A DNA stretch of 29,530 bases from Candidatus Hydrothermarchaeales archaeon (lineage in GTDB: Archaea > Hydrothermarchaeota > Hydrothermarchaeia > Hydrothermarchaeales > JAZGAD01), in NCBI GenBank assembly GCA_036444275.1, contig JAZGAD010000060.1:1-29530 (forward strand). Direction: 5' to 3'. Numbering within the stretch: position 1 is the stretch's first letter; every line of letters begins with the position of its first letter. Both the position numbers and the translations under genes were made by a program. Below are positions 9,646 through 18,435 of this stretch, piece after piece. Below the pieces are notes generated by a model that was not told where the DNA came from, did no database searches, and saw only the letters and a program-made list of their open reading frames with translations.

Positions 9646-10632
9646 ATGTTAAATTTCAAGCGTGTGCCTCCAATTCTGACTCCAGACGAGCTATTGGATA
9701 TTGCGTTCAGGAGGGCTGCGAAGGCAGGTAAGGAAGCCAGAAGTAAGGAGGTGCGACGCCCATTTAAAGTGAAGAAAGGGGAAGACGCAAAGGTCAAGGT
9801 AGCTTCCCAAGAGGTTATGGGGAATTTCAAGCGGATAGTGAATAGGACATCCGAGATATATGAGCTCTCCCCATTCTACCGCGAGCTCATTGCCGCTATA
9901 GTAGATATTGAAGAATTCAAGAGGTCCCTCAGTGCTTTGAAGTGGGTGATGAAGACAAGCGAGGAGCTGGAGAAGAAATATCGGTACAAGATCCGCACCT
10001 CCCGGAAGAAGGAAGATTTCTATCGTCATACCAAGACGTTCTATGGACAGTTGTCATCCATATTAAGGAAAATCAAGGGAGAATTAAGGTTTTTAGCAGA
10101 GTCTAGGGAAAAACTCAAGAACCTGCCTACAGTCGAGGATACCTTCACTGCGGTTATAGCTGGAGCTCCAAACGTAGGTAAATCCACCTTACTAAAGGCA
10201 ATGACATCTGCCGAACCGAGGGTAGAGAGCTATCCCTTCACTACGCAGAAGTTGCTCTTGGGATACTTCGAGAGGCATTATTATCGCTATCAAGTCATTG
10301 ATACCCCGGGGCTATTGGATAGGCCCCTTAAGGACCGCAGTCCCATTGAACTACAAGGAATTCTAGCCCTTAAGTATCTCGCCGATATGGTGCTATTCGT
10401 ATTCGATCCCTCAGAGACCTGTGGTTTCCTCATTGATAGCCAAATAAATCTCTACAGAGACATAAAGGAGAGATTTGAGGTAAAAGTCGTGCCGGTGCTG
10501 AATAAGGCAGACCACTCATCAGGAAAAAAAGTTTCGAAATTATTAGATGAATCGATCTCGTGTTCTGCTCTAAGCGGAGAAGGCGTAGGGGATGTTATAG
10601 ATGAGATAGTCAGTTCTAGGGCAGAGGGATGA
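9646..10632 (+). CDS. NOG1 family GTP-binding protein
   Basis: Helical N-terminal domain (ELLDIAFRRA, PFYREL), GAPNVGKS, YPFTT, DTPGLLDRP, NKAD. Confidence 0.92.
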   Translation: MLNFKRVPPILTPDELLDIAFRRAAKAGKEARSKEVRRPFKVKKGEDAKVKVASQEVMGNFKRIVNRTSEIYELSPFYRELIAAIVDIEEFKRSLSALKWVMKTSEELEKKYRYKIRTSRKKEDFYRHTKTFYGQLSSILRKIKGELRFLAESREKLKNLPTVEDTFTAVIAGAPNVGKSTLLKAMTSAEPRVESYPFTTQKLLLGYFERHYYRYQVIDTPGLLDRPLKDRSPIELQGILALKYLADMVLFVFDPSETCGFLIDSQINLYRDIKERFEVKVVPVLNKADHSSGKKVSKLLDESISCSALSGEGVGDVIDEIVSSRAEG

Positions 10633-10656
10633 GGATGAAGCCTTCTTCGGAGTTAC

Positions 10657-10746
10657 CTACAATGCAACATCGTCGTCCAGTATCGCTATAGCTGACGATC
10701 TACTAGGTTGCATCCTCCATGCTAAGTCGATGCCTAGAAAGTGCAT
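10657..10746 (-). pseudogene. Truncated remnant of a DUF429 / RNase H-fold nuclease gene
   Basis: Own translation gives MHFLGIDLAWRMQPSRSSAIAILDDDVAL*. GIDLAW is the N-terminal motif of DUF429-type proteins. The ORF starts 7 nt after the upstream stop and ends after 29 codons. Confidence 0.6.
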
Positions 10747-10753
10747 CTCAGAG

Positions 10754-11101
10754 CTACTTCCCCCCGGCAACTATCCTCCTCGCCGAGGCTATATCCGCGC
10801 TACTGATATCCTCTATTCTCTTACCGCTTTTTCTCAACACCGTCAACATCTTCTTAGCTGTTTCTCCCTCGTGAACAACAGTGCATGAAGAGCAGTCCCA
10901 TATCCTCCGCCCTGTGCCTGAGATTATATATCCACCGTTTTTGTCGTATAGACATGGATAAAGGGGGCAATAGCACCATGTGCAGTCCTGCCCCTCGAAG
11001 TGACAAGAGTAATTCAAACAGTTCTGATTGCTTCCCGTTAGTTTTCTAGACCCTAAAACATCGTTGATGTGCTTCTTGGCTAGGGCGTTGATGTTTCGCA
11101 T
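10754..11101 (-). CDS. Cysteine-rich small domain (zf-like) protein
   Basis: NxxCxxYxCH..GQDCTWCYCPLYPC...GG...IWDCSSC..H pattern. Confidence 0.8.
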   Translation of the reverse strand: MRNINALAKKHINDVLGSRKLTGSNQNCLNYSCHFEGQDCTWCYCPLYPCLYDKNGGYIISGTGRRIWDCSSCTVVHEGETAKKMLTVLRKSGKRIEDISSADIASARRIVAGGK

Positions 11102-11249
11102 TCATTAATAATTATTTGTTAACAAGTGAAGCCCTAGATTGGAACATGACTCACCGCCACGATAAAGCAAATGCTACAAGGAAATACCCAAAAATATTTA
11201 TATCTCGGGGACCACAAAATAATTATAGCCTAAAATGGGGGTATAAATT

Positions 11250-12431
11250 ATGTTATCTCGGACCGCACTTTCTGTTGAAGATGAGCAGCTTCCATTGTAT
11301 AGCGATATCAGGGAACTGGAGAGTATACGGCTCATATACCAATACAATGCCAGTGTTTGGGATGACTGGGCAAAACACCTTAGGAAGGGGGGAAAGGTAG
11401 TTGGGACCCTTCCTAATTCTCCTGCAGAACTCCTTAGAGCCGCGGGTGTCTTTTCCATTATATATAAGAGGAGGGAGGACCTCAACAGGACGATAATCAA
11501 GGGGGACCATGAGCTCAGCAAGTGGATATACCACTTTGGTATTGGCGAGTGTGTCTGCAGGTATGTAAGTGGAAGCGCTGGCTCACCTATTCTCGGTGCA
11601 TGCCCTGGCTATGACATGGTTATCACTGACTTCCTGCCTAAGTTGCCTGAATGGAATTCTCTTCTAAAGACCATTGGTAAGGAATGGGACTTTGAATTCA
11701 TAGAGCTTGAACCCGGTATGGATAGACGTGATAGGGAGAAGGCGATCTACGAGAGGCTTCTCCACCTTAAAGAGAGACTTGAAGGACTTGTGGAGAGAGA
11801 GATAACTAAGGAGGACATCGCTAAATCCATTGAAGCCACTAATGAGGTTACCCGCGTATTCCAGCGCATAGACGAATTGATAAAGAAGGAGCCACATCCA
11901 CTGAAGAGCTTCGACATCTACAACCTGAAGGTTATCTGCACTGACTACATTGGTGGTGACGTTGACCGGCTCCTGGGTGCATGCCATCTTCTCGCTGATG
12001 AATTGGAAGATAGAGTAAGGGATGGAGTTGGCTATCCAGGAAAAAAGGTGCTTCTCGCAGGTGGCTTCAGGAATGAGTTTTTACATGCAATAGACGGCAA
12101 CGGCGGCATAGTTACAGCTGGCTGGCCGTACCAGCGTTTCACAGCTCACCGCAAGCTCATAGACGGCTCAAACCTAGAGGCTCTCGCAAGGTGGTACTCT
12201 GGGCACTCGGGCCTTGGCAGCGCTGCTGAGAATGCTAGAGATTTCGCTGACCTTGTGAGGCGCTACGATGTAGACGCCGTTGTATACAACAGGCAATGCC
12301 CATTCGGCTCTCTAGAGGTCTACGATTCCCACGACGCGATAAAGGAAGCGGTGGACGTACCATTCTTGACGCTCGATGCCACCGAGGAAAAGGCTGACGA
12401 GAAGATCGGTGAGTTCCTCAGGAAAATCTAG
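11250..12431 (+). CDS. 2-hydroxyacyl-CoA dehydratase / benzoyl-CoA reductase subunit family (HGD-D fold), divergent
   Basis: KVVG..P.ELLRAAG, LEGLVEREITKEDIAKSIE..N, KKVLLAG, YDVDAVVY..QC, VPFLTLD. Several Cys could ligate an Fe-S cluster. Confidence 0.7.
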   Translation: MLSRTALSVEDEQLPLYSDIRELESIRLIYQYNASVWDDWAKHLRKGGKVVGTLPNSPAELLRAAGVFSIIYKRREDLNRTIIKGDHELSKWIYHFGIGECVCRYVSGSAGSPILGACPGYDMVITDFLPKLPEWNSLLKTIGKEWDFEFIELEPGMDRRDREKAIYERLLHLKERLEGLVEREITKEDIAKSIEATNEVTRVFQRIDELIKKEPHPLKSFDIYNLKVICTDYIGGDVDRLLGACHLLADELEDRVRDGVGYPGKKVLLAGGFRNEFLHAIDGNGGIVTAGWPYQRFTAHRKLIDGSNLEALARWYSGHSGLGSAAENARDFADLVRRYDVDAVVYNRQCPFGSLEVYDSHDAIKEAVDVPFLTLDATEEKADEKIGEFLRKI

Positions 12432-13433
12432 ATGCATGAGGCTTGGTGTTACACCAGTGATGGCGATTCTCTCAAGTGCGAACTCTGTATAATCAACTGC
12501 AAGATCAGGGAGGGGGACGTTGGCTTCTGCAAGACTAGAAAGAACATTGGTGGAAAGCTCTACAACACCATCTATGGGAAGCTCTCCAGTTTCAGTATCG
12601 ACTATGTAGAGAAGACGCCCCTCTATCACTTCCACCCTAATAGTAGATTCCTCACCCTGGGCAGTATCTCCTGCAATATGAAGTGCAAGTTCTGCCTTGC
12701 TTGGAGTATAACTCAGGTGCCGCCTGAAGAGGTCGATGTTACGGAGGTCAAGGTAAGCGGACTGATAAATGCTGCTAGAGCTCTGGAATGCAAGGGGATG
12801 GTCTACACTCATTCTGAGCCTGCCCTGAACCTGGAGTACTACGCAGAGATAATGAGGGAAGGGAAGAAGAAGGGTCTAACTAATGTCTTAGCCACCAATG
12901 GACTTGTATCTATAGAGGCATTCAAGAAGATAGCAGGAGACCTCGATGCAGTTGCCTTAACGATAAAGGGGGACGAGGATTTCTATCGCCAGGTGTGCGA
13001 CTTGAAGGTTAACGGCGTGCTGGAGCACCTAACAAGACTGATGAATGAGATAAAAGAGCAGGGTATCCATCTGGAGGTTGTGAGCCTCGTCATCCCGGGA
13101 TACGAGGGCCAAGCATCTGTAGCAGTAAACTTCGCCAAGAAGGCTGGTGTTCCCCTAATATTTCTCAGGTTCTTCCCCTGTTATGCCATGGATGATTTGC
13201 AGTCACCATCTGAGGAAATCTTGGAAACGGTCCTTAACAATGCCTATCGCAGTGGTGTGAAGTATGCCTACGTGGAGAACATCTTCTCGCATCCTGGAAA
13301 GAATACGTACTGCGAGGTCTGTAAGGCACCTCTGGTGAAGAGAGAGGGATACGGAGTCGTAGAATGGTCTTTGGTAGGTGGCAAGTGCATTCACTGCGGA
13401 GCTAGCATACCCATGGTTGGGGAAAGAGCTTAG
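12432..13433 (+). CDS. Radical SAM protein, AmmeMemoRadiSam / PflA-like
   Basis: N-terminal CxLCxxxC...GFCKTR, EKTPLYHFHP, CNMKCKFC (CxxxCxxC), SEP, TNG, C-terminal CxxC...CxxC. Confidence 0.85.
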   Translation: MHEAWCYTSDGDSLKCELCIINCKIREGDVGFCKTRKNIGGKLYNTIYGKLSSFSIDYVEKTPLYHFHPNSRFLTLGSISCNMKCKFCLAWSITQVPPEEVDVTEVKVSGLINAARALECKGMVYTHSEPALNLEYYAEIMREGKKKGLTNVLATNGLVSIEAFKKIAGDLDAVALTIKGDEDFYRQVCDLKVNGVLEHLTRLMNEIKEQGIHLEVVSLVIPGYEGQASVAVNFAKKAGVPLIFLRFFPCYAMDDLQSPSEEILETVLNNAYRSGVKYAYVENIFSHPGKNTYCEVCKAPLVKREGYGVVEWSLVGGKCIHCGASIPMVGERA

Positions 13434-13456
13434 GGCGTAAGATAATTTATCACTCG

Positions 13457-14554
13457 TCAGAGTTTTTTGAGCACCTCGATTAACTTATGAATATCGCCCT
13501 CGTCGTTGTATATATGCGGGGAGAACCTTATGTAGTCCACGACCGTTGCGACGACCTTGTTCTTCAACAATTCTTCCTTTGTTGCCTCTTTCTTGATGCT
13601 GACTATACCTGACCTATTCTCCTTGGGGTCTGAGAGCAGCTCCTCCCCTAAATCTGCTAGCTCTTCGGATAGTATAGATGAAAGCTGGAGGACCCTTTTC
13701 TCAACTTTTTTCAAGCCTATTTTTGCCAGGAGCTCTAAAGCTGCCCGCATGCCTAGGAAAGCTGCTATATCCAGGCTACCGAGCTCGAATCTCCTGGCGC
13801 TGTCTGCTACCTCATACTCTGTGGCATTGAATGCTAGTGGTTCCTTAACAGAACGCCATCCCAGCACAGGCGAGCCGTCTAGTAACTCTTCCCTTACGAA
13901 GAAGAAGCCTGATCCGAGGGGCGAGAGAAGCCATTTGTAGCCAGCTGCCGAAAGGAAATCAATCTTTGCTTTCTCCACGTTTAATTCTAACGCTCCCAGT
14001 GATTGAGTGGCATTCACATGGAAGTAGACATCTTGCTCCCTACAAATCCTGCCTATCTCTTCCACATTCAGGCGGAAGCCGTCCCTATACATTACGTGGC
14101 TCAAGGTCACAAGCCGCGTATGCCTGTCGATGTGCTCCTCGACATCTCTAGGGGTGATGCCTTTTTCGCCAGGGATGAACTTCACCTCTACACCCTTGTT
14201 CCTGAGGTTGAGGAAGGGATAGACGTTGGCCGGGAAGTCCACATTGGTTGCCACGACATTGTCTCCTTTCTTCCAATCCAGGAGCAGTGCCACTAGGTTA
14301 ACGCCCTCAGACGTATTTTTGGTGAGTGCTATCTCGCTTTGTTTTGCTCCAACTAACTCTGCTATTCGCCTCCTGCAGTCCTCAACTTCCTCCCCCCACT
14401 TATCGAAGTATGCCGAACCATAGTCCCTTTGCTGTGCGTCGAACCTATTTAGAGCTTCTAGAACCGGCTTCGAGTATGGAGCTAAAGAAGAGGCGTCAAA
14501 GTAGAGGTATTCCCGTGTTATTGGGAAGAGAGCCCTTACCTCTTGAAAGTCCAT
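13457..14554 (-). CDS. Class V PLP-dependent enzyme (cysteine desulfurase / C-S lyase-like fold)
   Basis: YFDASS, NTSEG, DFPAN, SAAGYKWLLSPLGSG (PLP lysine), RFELG, IRFSPHIYN. Confidence 0.85.
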   Translation of the reverse strand: MDFQEVRALFPITREYLYFDASSLAPYSKPVLEALNRFDAQQRDYGSAYFDKWGEEVEDCRRRIAELVGAKQSEIALTKNTSEGVNLVALLLDWKKGDNVVATNVDFPANVYPFLNLRNKGVEVKFIPGEKGITPRDVEEHIDRHTRLVTLSHVMYRDGFRLNVEEIGRICREQDVYFHVNATQSLGALELNVEKAKIDFLSAAGYKWLLSPLGSGFFFVREELLDGSPVLGWRSVKEPLAFNATEYEVADSARRFELGSLDIAAFLGMRAALELLAKIGLKKVEKRVLQLSSILSEELADLGEELLSDPKENRSGIVSIKKEATKEELLKNKVVATVVDYIRFSPHIYNDEGDIHKLIEVLKKL

Positions 14555-15297
14555 TATACTTCCTCCCTAAGTATCCCCCATATCCTTTCTCTGATCTCAA
14601 CAAAAGTCTTGGAGGACCTGCTTCCTTCCCTCGGCCTTGGTAGATCTATATTTACTACCTCTGTTATCCTCGCTGGACGGGAGCTCATCACTGCGACGCG
14701 GTCAGAGAGATAGACAGCCTCGTCTATGCTGTGGGTGACGAAAAGTATAGTCTTCCTCATTTCACCCCATATCCGCAGAAGCTCGTTCTGCAGCTTCTCC
14801 CTCGTCAGAGCGTCCACAGAAGCGAAGGGCTCGTCCATCAGCAGTATCTCCGGGTCGTACGCCAGGACCCTTGCCAGGGCAACCCTCTGCGCCATACCGC
14901 CTGAGAGCTCATAGGGATAGCTGTCCTCGAAGCCCTTTAATCCGACTAGGTCGATGTACTTTTGAGTTATCTTCTTCCTTTCATCCCCGTTGACACCCTT
15001 TATCTCCAAGCCGAATGCGACGTTCTCTTCTACAGTGCGCCAGGGCAGTAGAGCACCTTCCTGGAAGATCATGCCCCTGTCGAAACCTGGCTTAAGCACT
15101 TCCTCCCCGTCTATCATTATAGAACCTTTGCTCGGTCTTTCCAGGCCAGCGACCAAGTTCAGTAGGGTGGTCTTGCCGCACCCCGTGGGACCTACTAGAC
15201 CTAGGAATTCCCCTTCGTCCACCTCTATGGCTAGGTTATCAATTGCTACTAGGTCGTCGAAGCTTTTCCCGATGCCGGAGATGGTGATCTTGGCCAT
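14554..15297 (-). CDS. ABC transporter ATP-binding subunit, TauB/SsuB/NrtD-like
   Basis: GPTGCGKT, FQE.ALLPW.TV, LSGGMAQR, LLMDEPF, VTH, DEAVYLSDR, LPRPR. TAATG overlap with the PLP gene. Confidence 0.92.
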   Translation of the reverse strand: MAKITISGIGKSFDDLVAIDNLAIEVDEGEFLGLVGPTGCGKTTLLNLVAGLERPSKGSIMIDGEEVLKPGFDRGMIFQEGALLPWRTVEENVAFGLEIKGVNGDERKKITQKYIDLVGLKGFEDSYPYELSGGMAQRVALARVLAYDPEILLMDEPFASVDALTREKLQNELLRIWGEMRKTILFVTHSIDEAVYLSDRVAVMSSRPARITEVVNIDLPRPREGSRSSKTFVEIRERIWGILREEV

Positions 15298-15436
15298 ATA
15301 TAATCTAAAGGTCGGCGGGAGGCTTATTAAATTTGCTGGAGAGATTGGAGATTGGAAGATGAGAATGAAATAAGAATGAGTAAATTTATTTGGTGGAGAT
15401 ATCTAGCGAGATACCCTACAGCTTCTTAAACGCTGT

Positions 15437-15556
15437 CTACAGGGTTAGGTCTAGTTCTTTTTTCAATTCATGGAAGAATTCCATCATGAAACGGTACCTT
15501 TGTTCTGGTATCTCAGCTCTGGATCCGGTTAGAAACTCTAGGACCTGCGAGTACAT
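15437..15556 (-). CDS. Candidate 39-aa small protein (absent from the ORF track)
   Basis: MYSQVLEFLTGSRAEIPEQRYRFMMEFFHELKKELDLTL*. TTATATAA (15589-15582, - strand) lies 25 nt upstream. An in-frame upstream ATG at 15598 would give 53 aa. Confidence 0.45.
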   Translation of the reverse strand: MYSQVLEFLTGSRAEIPEQRYRFMMEFFHELKKELDLTL

Positions 15557-15589
15557 ATTTTGATTTCCGACCAGCGTGCTCTTATATAA

Positions 15590-15620
15590 CTTATCCATCG
15601 AGTTCGAGTTCTAGAATCAG
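15590..15620 (+). repeat. Left copy of the direct repeat flanking the biosynthetic block
   Basis: cttatccatcga-gttcga-gttctagaatcag matches 26548-26572 except for a 6-nt insertion and 1 mismatch. Confidence 0.75.
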
Positions 15621-15700
15621 TCAGAATTAAGACAGCACTCCAACAGCTACTCTGGCAACACTAGACAAGTTTATTTACGTGGTGTATACAAGCTTTGGAT

Positions 15701-16465
15701 ATGAACATAGAGGAGACCCTCAAGAATAGCTTTAAGCTAAGCCTCTATGAAGTTAGGGTATACCTTGCGCTCCTCAGGGGAAGTATGGCTCCCAAGGAGG
15801 CTGCGACAGCATCAAAAGTGCCCTTATCAAGGGTTTATGATACGCTAAAGAGTCTTGAATCAAAGGGCTTCGTGGGGTATAACAATGATAAGTATGAGGC
15901 AGTTTCCCCCGAGATTGCACTGGATGGGAGAATTGCGCAGTTTGAAGCCGAATTTGAGGTAAGTGCGAAAGAACGAAAGGGGAATAAAAAACTGGTTTTA
16001 GAACACCTCAACTCTATGTACTTAAGAGAGTCACCGGCGCAGGAGTTGGTGACGCTGAAAGGCATCTATAGTATTACAAACAAATTCTTAGAGATATTAA
16101 ACGAATCAGAAGAGGTATATATAACCATAAGAAAGGCTTTAGAAGCAAAGGATCTGCTGAAAAAATACTTGGTGAACTCTCAAGCGAATAACAGAAAAAT
16201 CAGGATTCTGATCCCTGGCGGAGCAGAGATTAATGATACAGACAGGGAATTTGCCTCTAGGATAGGACTGAAGATGCGCTATTACGATAACCTCCTCTTT
16301 GACTTGATGGTAGCAGATGGCAGAGATGTCATTATAGGCGTGCCTGACCCTACGAGCAACGAGCTCTACCACTCCATTGCGATATGGATACGGAATCCCT
16401 CGTTTGCCAAAGGGATTCAGGAGTCCCTTGAAAATGTCTGGGAGAATGAAAGCTATACAGGATGA
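15701..16465 (+). CDS. TrmB family transcriptional regulator
   Basis: LSLYEVRVYLALL, VPLSRVYDTLKSLESKGFV (TrmB wHTH), coiled region, C-terminal PLD-like effector domain. TTTATTTA at 15670-15677. Confidence 0.88.
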   Translation: MNIEETLKNSFKLSLYEVRVYLALLRGSMAPKEAATASKVPLSRVYDTLKSLESKGFVGYNNDKYEAVSPEIALDGRIAQFEAEFEVSAKERKGNKKLVLEHLNSMYLRESPAQELVTLKGIYSITNKFLEILNESEEVYITIRKALEAKDLLKKYLVNSQANNRKIRILIPGGAEINDTDREFASRIGLKMRYYDNLLFDLMVADGRDVIIGVPDPTSNELYHSIAIWIRNPSFAKGIQESLENVWENESYTG

Positions 16466-16502
16466 GCATGCGGCCTGCTATTTAACCGACTGTGAGAAAT
16501 CC

Positions 16503-16528
16503 TTAAATACTACCACTTGGTAGTGGTA
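16503..16528 (+). promoter_or_regulatory. TATA box with an adjacent palindromic operator
   Basis: TTAAATA (16503-16509), then a perfect inverted repeat TACCACT-tggt-AGTGGTA (16511-16528) before TTG 16542. Confidence 0.6.
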
Positions 16529-16541
16529 ACAGGGTGGGATA

Positions 16542-17627
16542 TTGAGGCTTAATGTACCTACCAACTGGGATAATGCACTCATAGAAAACATAAGTTCTTT
16601 TCCAGTAGAGTGCATCTATGGGAAACTAGATGAAGATATAATCGGAGGGGGAAGGCCGACCTCTGCTCTTCCAAAGGTCACGAAAGAACATGCAGAAGAG
16701 CACATCAAGTTAGCGCATGCCAATGGTATTGTTTTTAACTATCTCTTGAATTCAGCCTGCTTGGGCAACCTGGAATACTCCGATGAATATAATCAGAAAA
16801 TATTGGAGCATCTGACCTGGATAGAGGGTATAGGTGCGGATTACGTCACTGTTTCTATACCATATCTCATTGAGGTAGTAAAAAAGAGATTCCCAAGCCT
16901 AAAGGTTGTGGCCTCTGTATTCTCCCACATAGAGTCTATACAGCAAGCGCAATTTTATCAGTCCCTAGGTGCAGATGAAATCGTTGTGGTGCAAAGCCAG
17001 AACAGAAACTTTGATTATCTAAGCAAGCTCTCGAAGGTAATAAAAAACTTACAAGTTATTGTCAACAACTGTTGTCTGCTGGGATGCCCATACCGCCGCT
17101 ATCACGCGAACATCAACTCACATGCATCACAGTCTCAACGCCAAGTTAAATCCATTCCAGTTGACTATCCTGTTTCAAGCTGCTGGAGGGCGAGACTCCA
17201 AGATCCTAGTGAGATCATCAAATCCCCATGGATTAGACCCGAGGATTTACACGTCTACGAAGAAATAGGCATCGACAAGTTCAAGCTATCAGGAAGGACA
17301 AAGACCACTGCGTGGATAACCACTGCTGTTAAGGCCTATGCTGAGAGGAGATATGAGGGGAATTTATTCGACATCCTAAGCCTGCCTCATGGAAAGGGGT
17401 CTATCAGCAGGCCAAAGAATATGCCCTTGGTGGATGTTGAGGTTGATAATAACATGCTAAACGATTTCCTGCCGTTCTTTATGCATCAGGATTGCAGCTC
17501 TACAGTATGCAGTCAATGCGGTTACTGCCCCGGCATAGCTGAGAAGGCAGTCAAGGTCAACCCTGAAGAGGTAAAACTAGCTATCGAGAGATACAACGAT
17601 GCATTGGAAGGCCTCATTAGGAGGTAG
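16542..17627 (+). CDS. U32 family Fe-S protein (putative O2-independent hydroxylase), subfamily distinct from UbiU/V
   Basis: FNYLLNSAC, NRN, NNCCLLGCPYR.YH, SSC, WIRPEDL..Y, FKLSGR (U32 KxxGR), C-terminal CxxxxCxxCxxC. Confidence 0.8.
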   Translation: MRLNVPTNWDNALIENISSFPVECIYGKLDEDIIGGGRPTSALPKVTKEHAEEHIKLAHANGIVFNYLLNSACLGNLEYSDEYNQKILEHLTWIEGIGADYVTVSIPYLIEVVKKRFPSLKVVASVFSHIESIQQAQFYQSLGADEIVVVQSQNRNFDYLSKLSKVIKNLQVIVNNCCLLGCPYRRYHANINSHASQSQRQVKSIPVDYPVSSCWRARLQDPSEIIKSPWIRPEDLHVYEEIGIDKFKLSGRTKTTAWITTAVKAYAERRYEGNLFDILSLPHGKGSISRPKNMPLVDVEVDNNMLNDFLPFFMHQDCSSTVCSQCGYCPGIAEKAVKVNPEEVKLAIERYNDALEGLIRR

Positions 17628-17631
17628 AATA

Positions 17632-18435
17632 TTGAGGCTTGGTTTTTTTACTAATGCATTCAGATTTTTTCCTCGGGATTATGCCCTTAAAAGCATAAGC
17701 GATCTCGGCTATGAGGGGATCAATCTCTGGGCAAAGGGGGATCATGTAACGCCATTTGATGGAGAGAAAAAGTGGCTGGCCATAAAGGAGGAAATAGAGT
17801 CATATGGCCTAGAGCTATATGCTGTTAGCGCACACCTCGACTTTGTCTCTCCAGATGCTGAGAAGAGGGAGAGGGAATACAAGAAATTCATGGGTGTCTT
17901 AGACCTTGCCCACACCCTTGGGATAGACCAGGTTCAAACAGCTTCAGGAGGCCTATATGAAGACTTCTCTTTCGAGAAACAAGGCGAGTACTTTGTCTCT
18001 ATGATGAATGAATTCGGCAAGGTAGCTGAAGATAAGGGGATCATCATAGGGCTTGAGCCAGAGCCTGAGAAGTGGATGAGCACGCCTGAGCAGACAATCG
18101 ATTTAATTAAGACTCTGCGCTATCCGGTGTTCAAGGCTGTCGTAGATCTGGGGCATGCCTTTGGGGTAAATGAAACACCCAAGAGTTATATCCACAAGTT
18201 CAAGGACTACCTGCTCAATGTCCATGTTGACGATGTAAACAAAGATGATTTCCCACACAGGCACCTTATACCTGGAGATGGGGACGTGGACTTTGTAGAT
18301 GTCTTTAAGACGCTGCGAGAAGTGGGATACAAGGATTGGCTTACCGTCGAGTTGAACAAACACAACGAGGACCCTGATACTGCAGCTCGTCTTGCAATGG
18401 AGTATATGAGTAGGTTTGAAGAACACTGGAAGTGA
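17632..18435 (+). CDS. Sugar-phosphate isomerase/epimerase (xylose isomerase-like / AP2 TIM barrel)
   Basis: GLEPEP, DLGH, HVDD, H.HLIPGDGDVDF, LTVEL metal motifs. TTG 17632 follows GGAGGT. Confidence 0.85.
   Translation: MRLGFFTNAFRFFPRDYALKSISDLGYEGINLWAKGDHVTPFDGEKKWLAIKEEIESYGLELYAVSAHLDFVSPDAEKREREYKKFMGVLDLAHTLGIDQVQTASGGLYEDFSFEKQGEYFVSMMNEFGKVAEDKGIIIGLEPEPEKWMSTPEQTIDLIKTLRYPVFKAVVDLGHAFGVNETPKSYIHKFKDYLLNVHVDDVNKDDFPHRHLIPGDGDVDFVDVFKTLREVGYKDWLTVELNKHNEDPDTAARLAMEYMSRFEEHWK

Noticed and set aside
10629-10720. Hairpin (atgcaac/gttgcat, atcgtc/gacgat) suggesting a structured RNA
   Set aside because: The stems are short, and the segment is better explained as the DUF429 coding remnant on the - strand.
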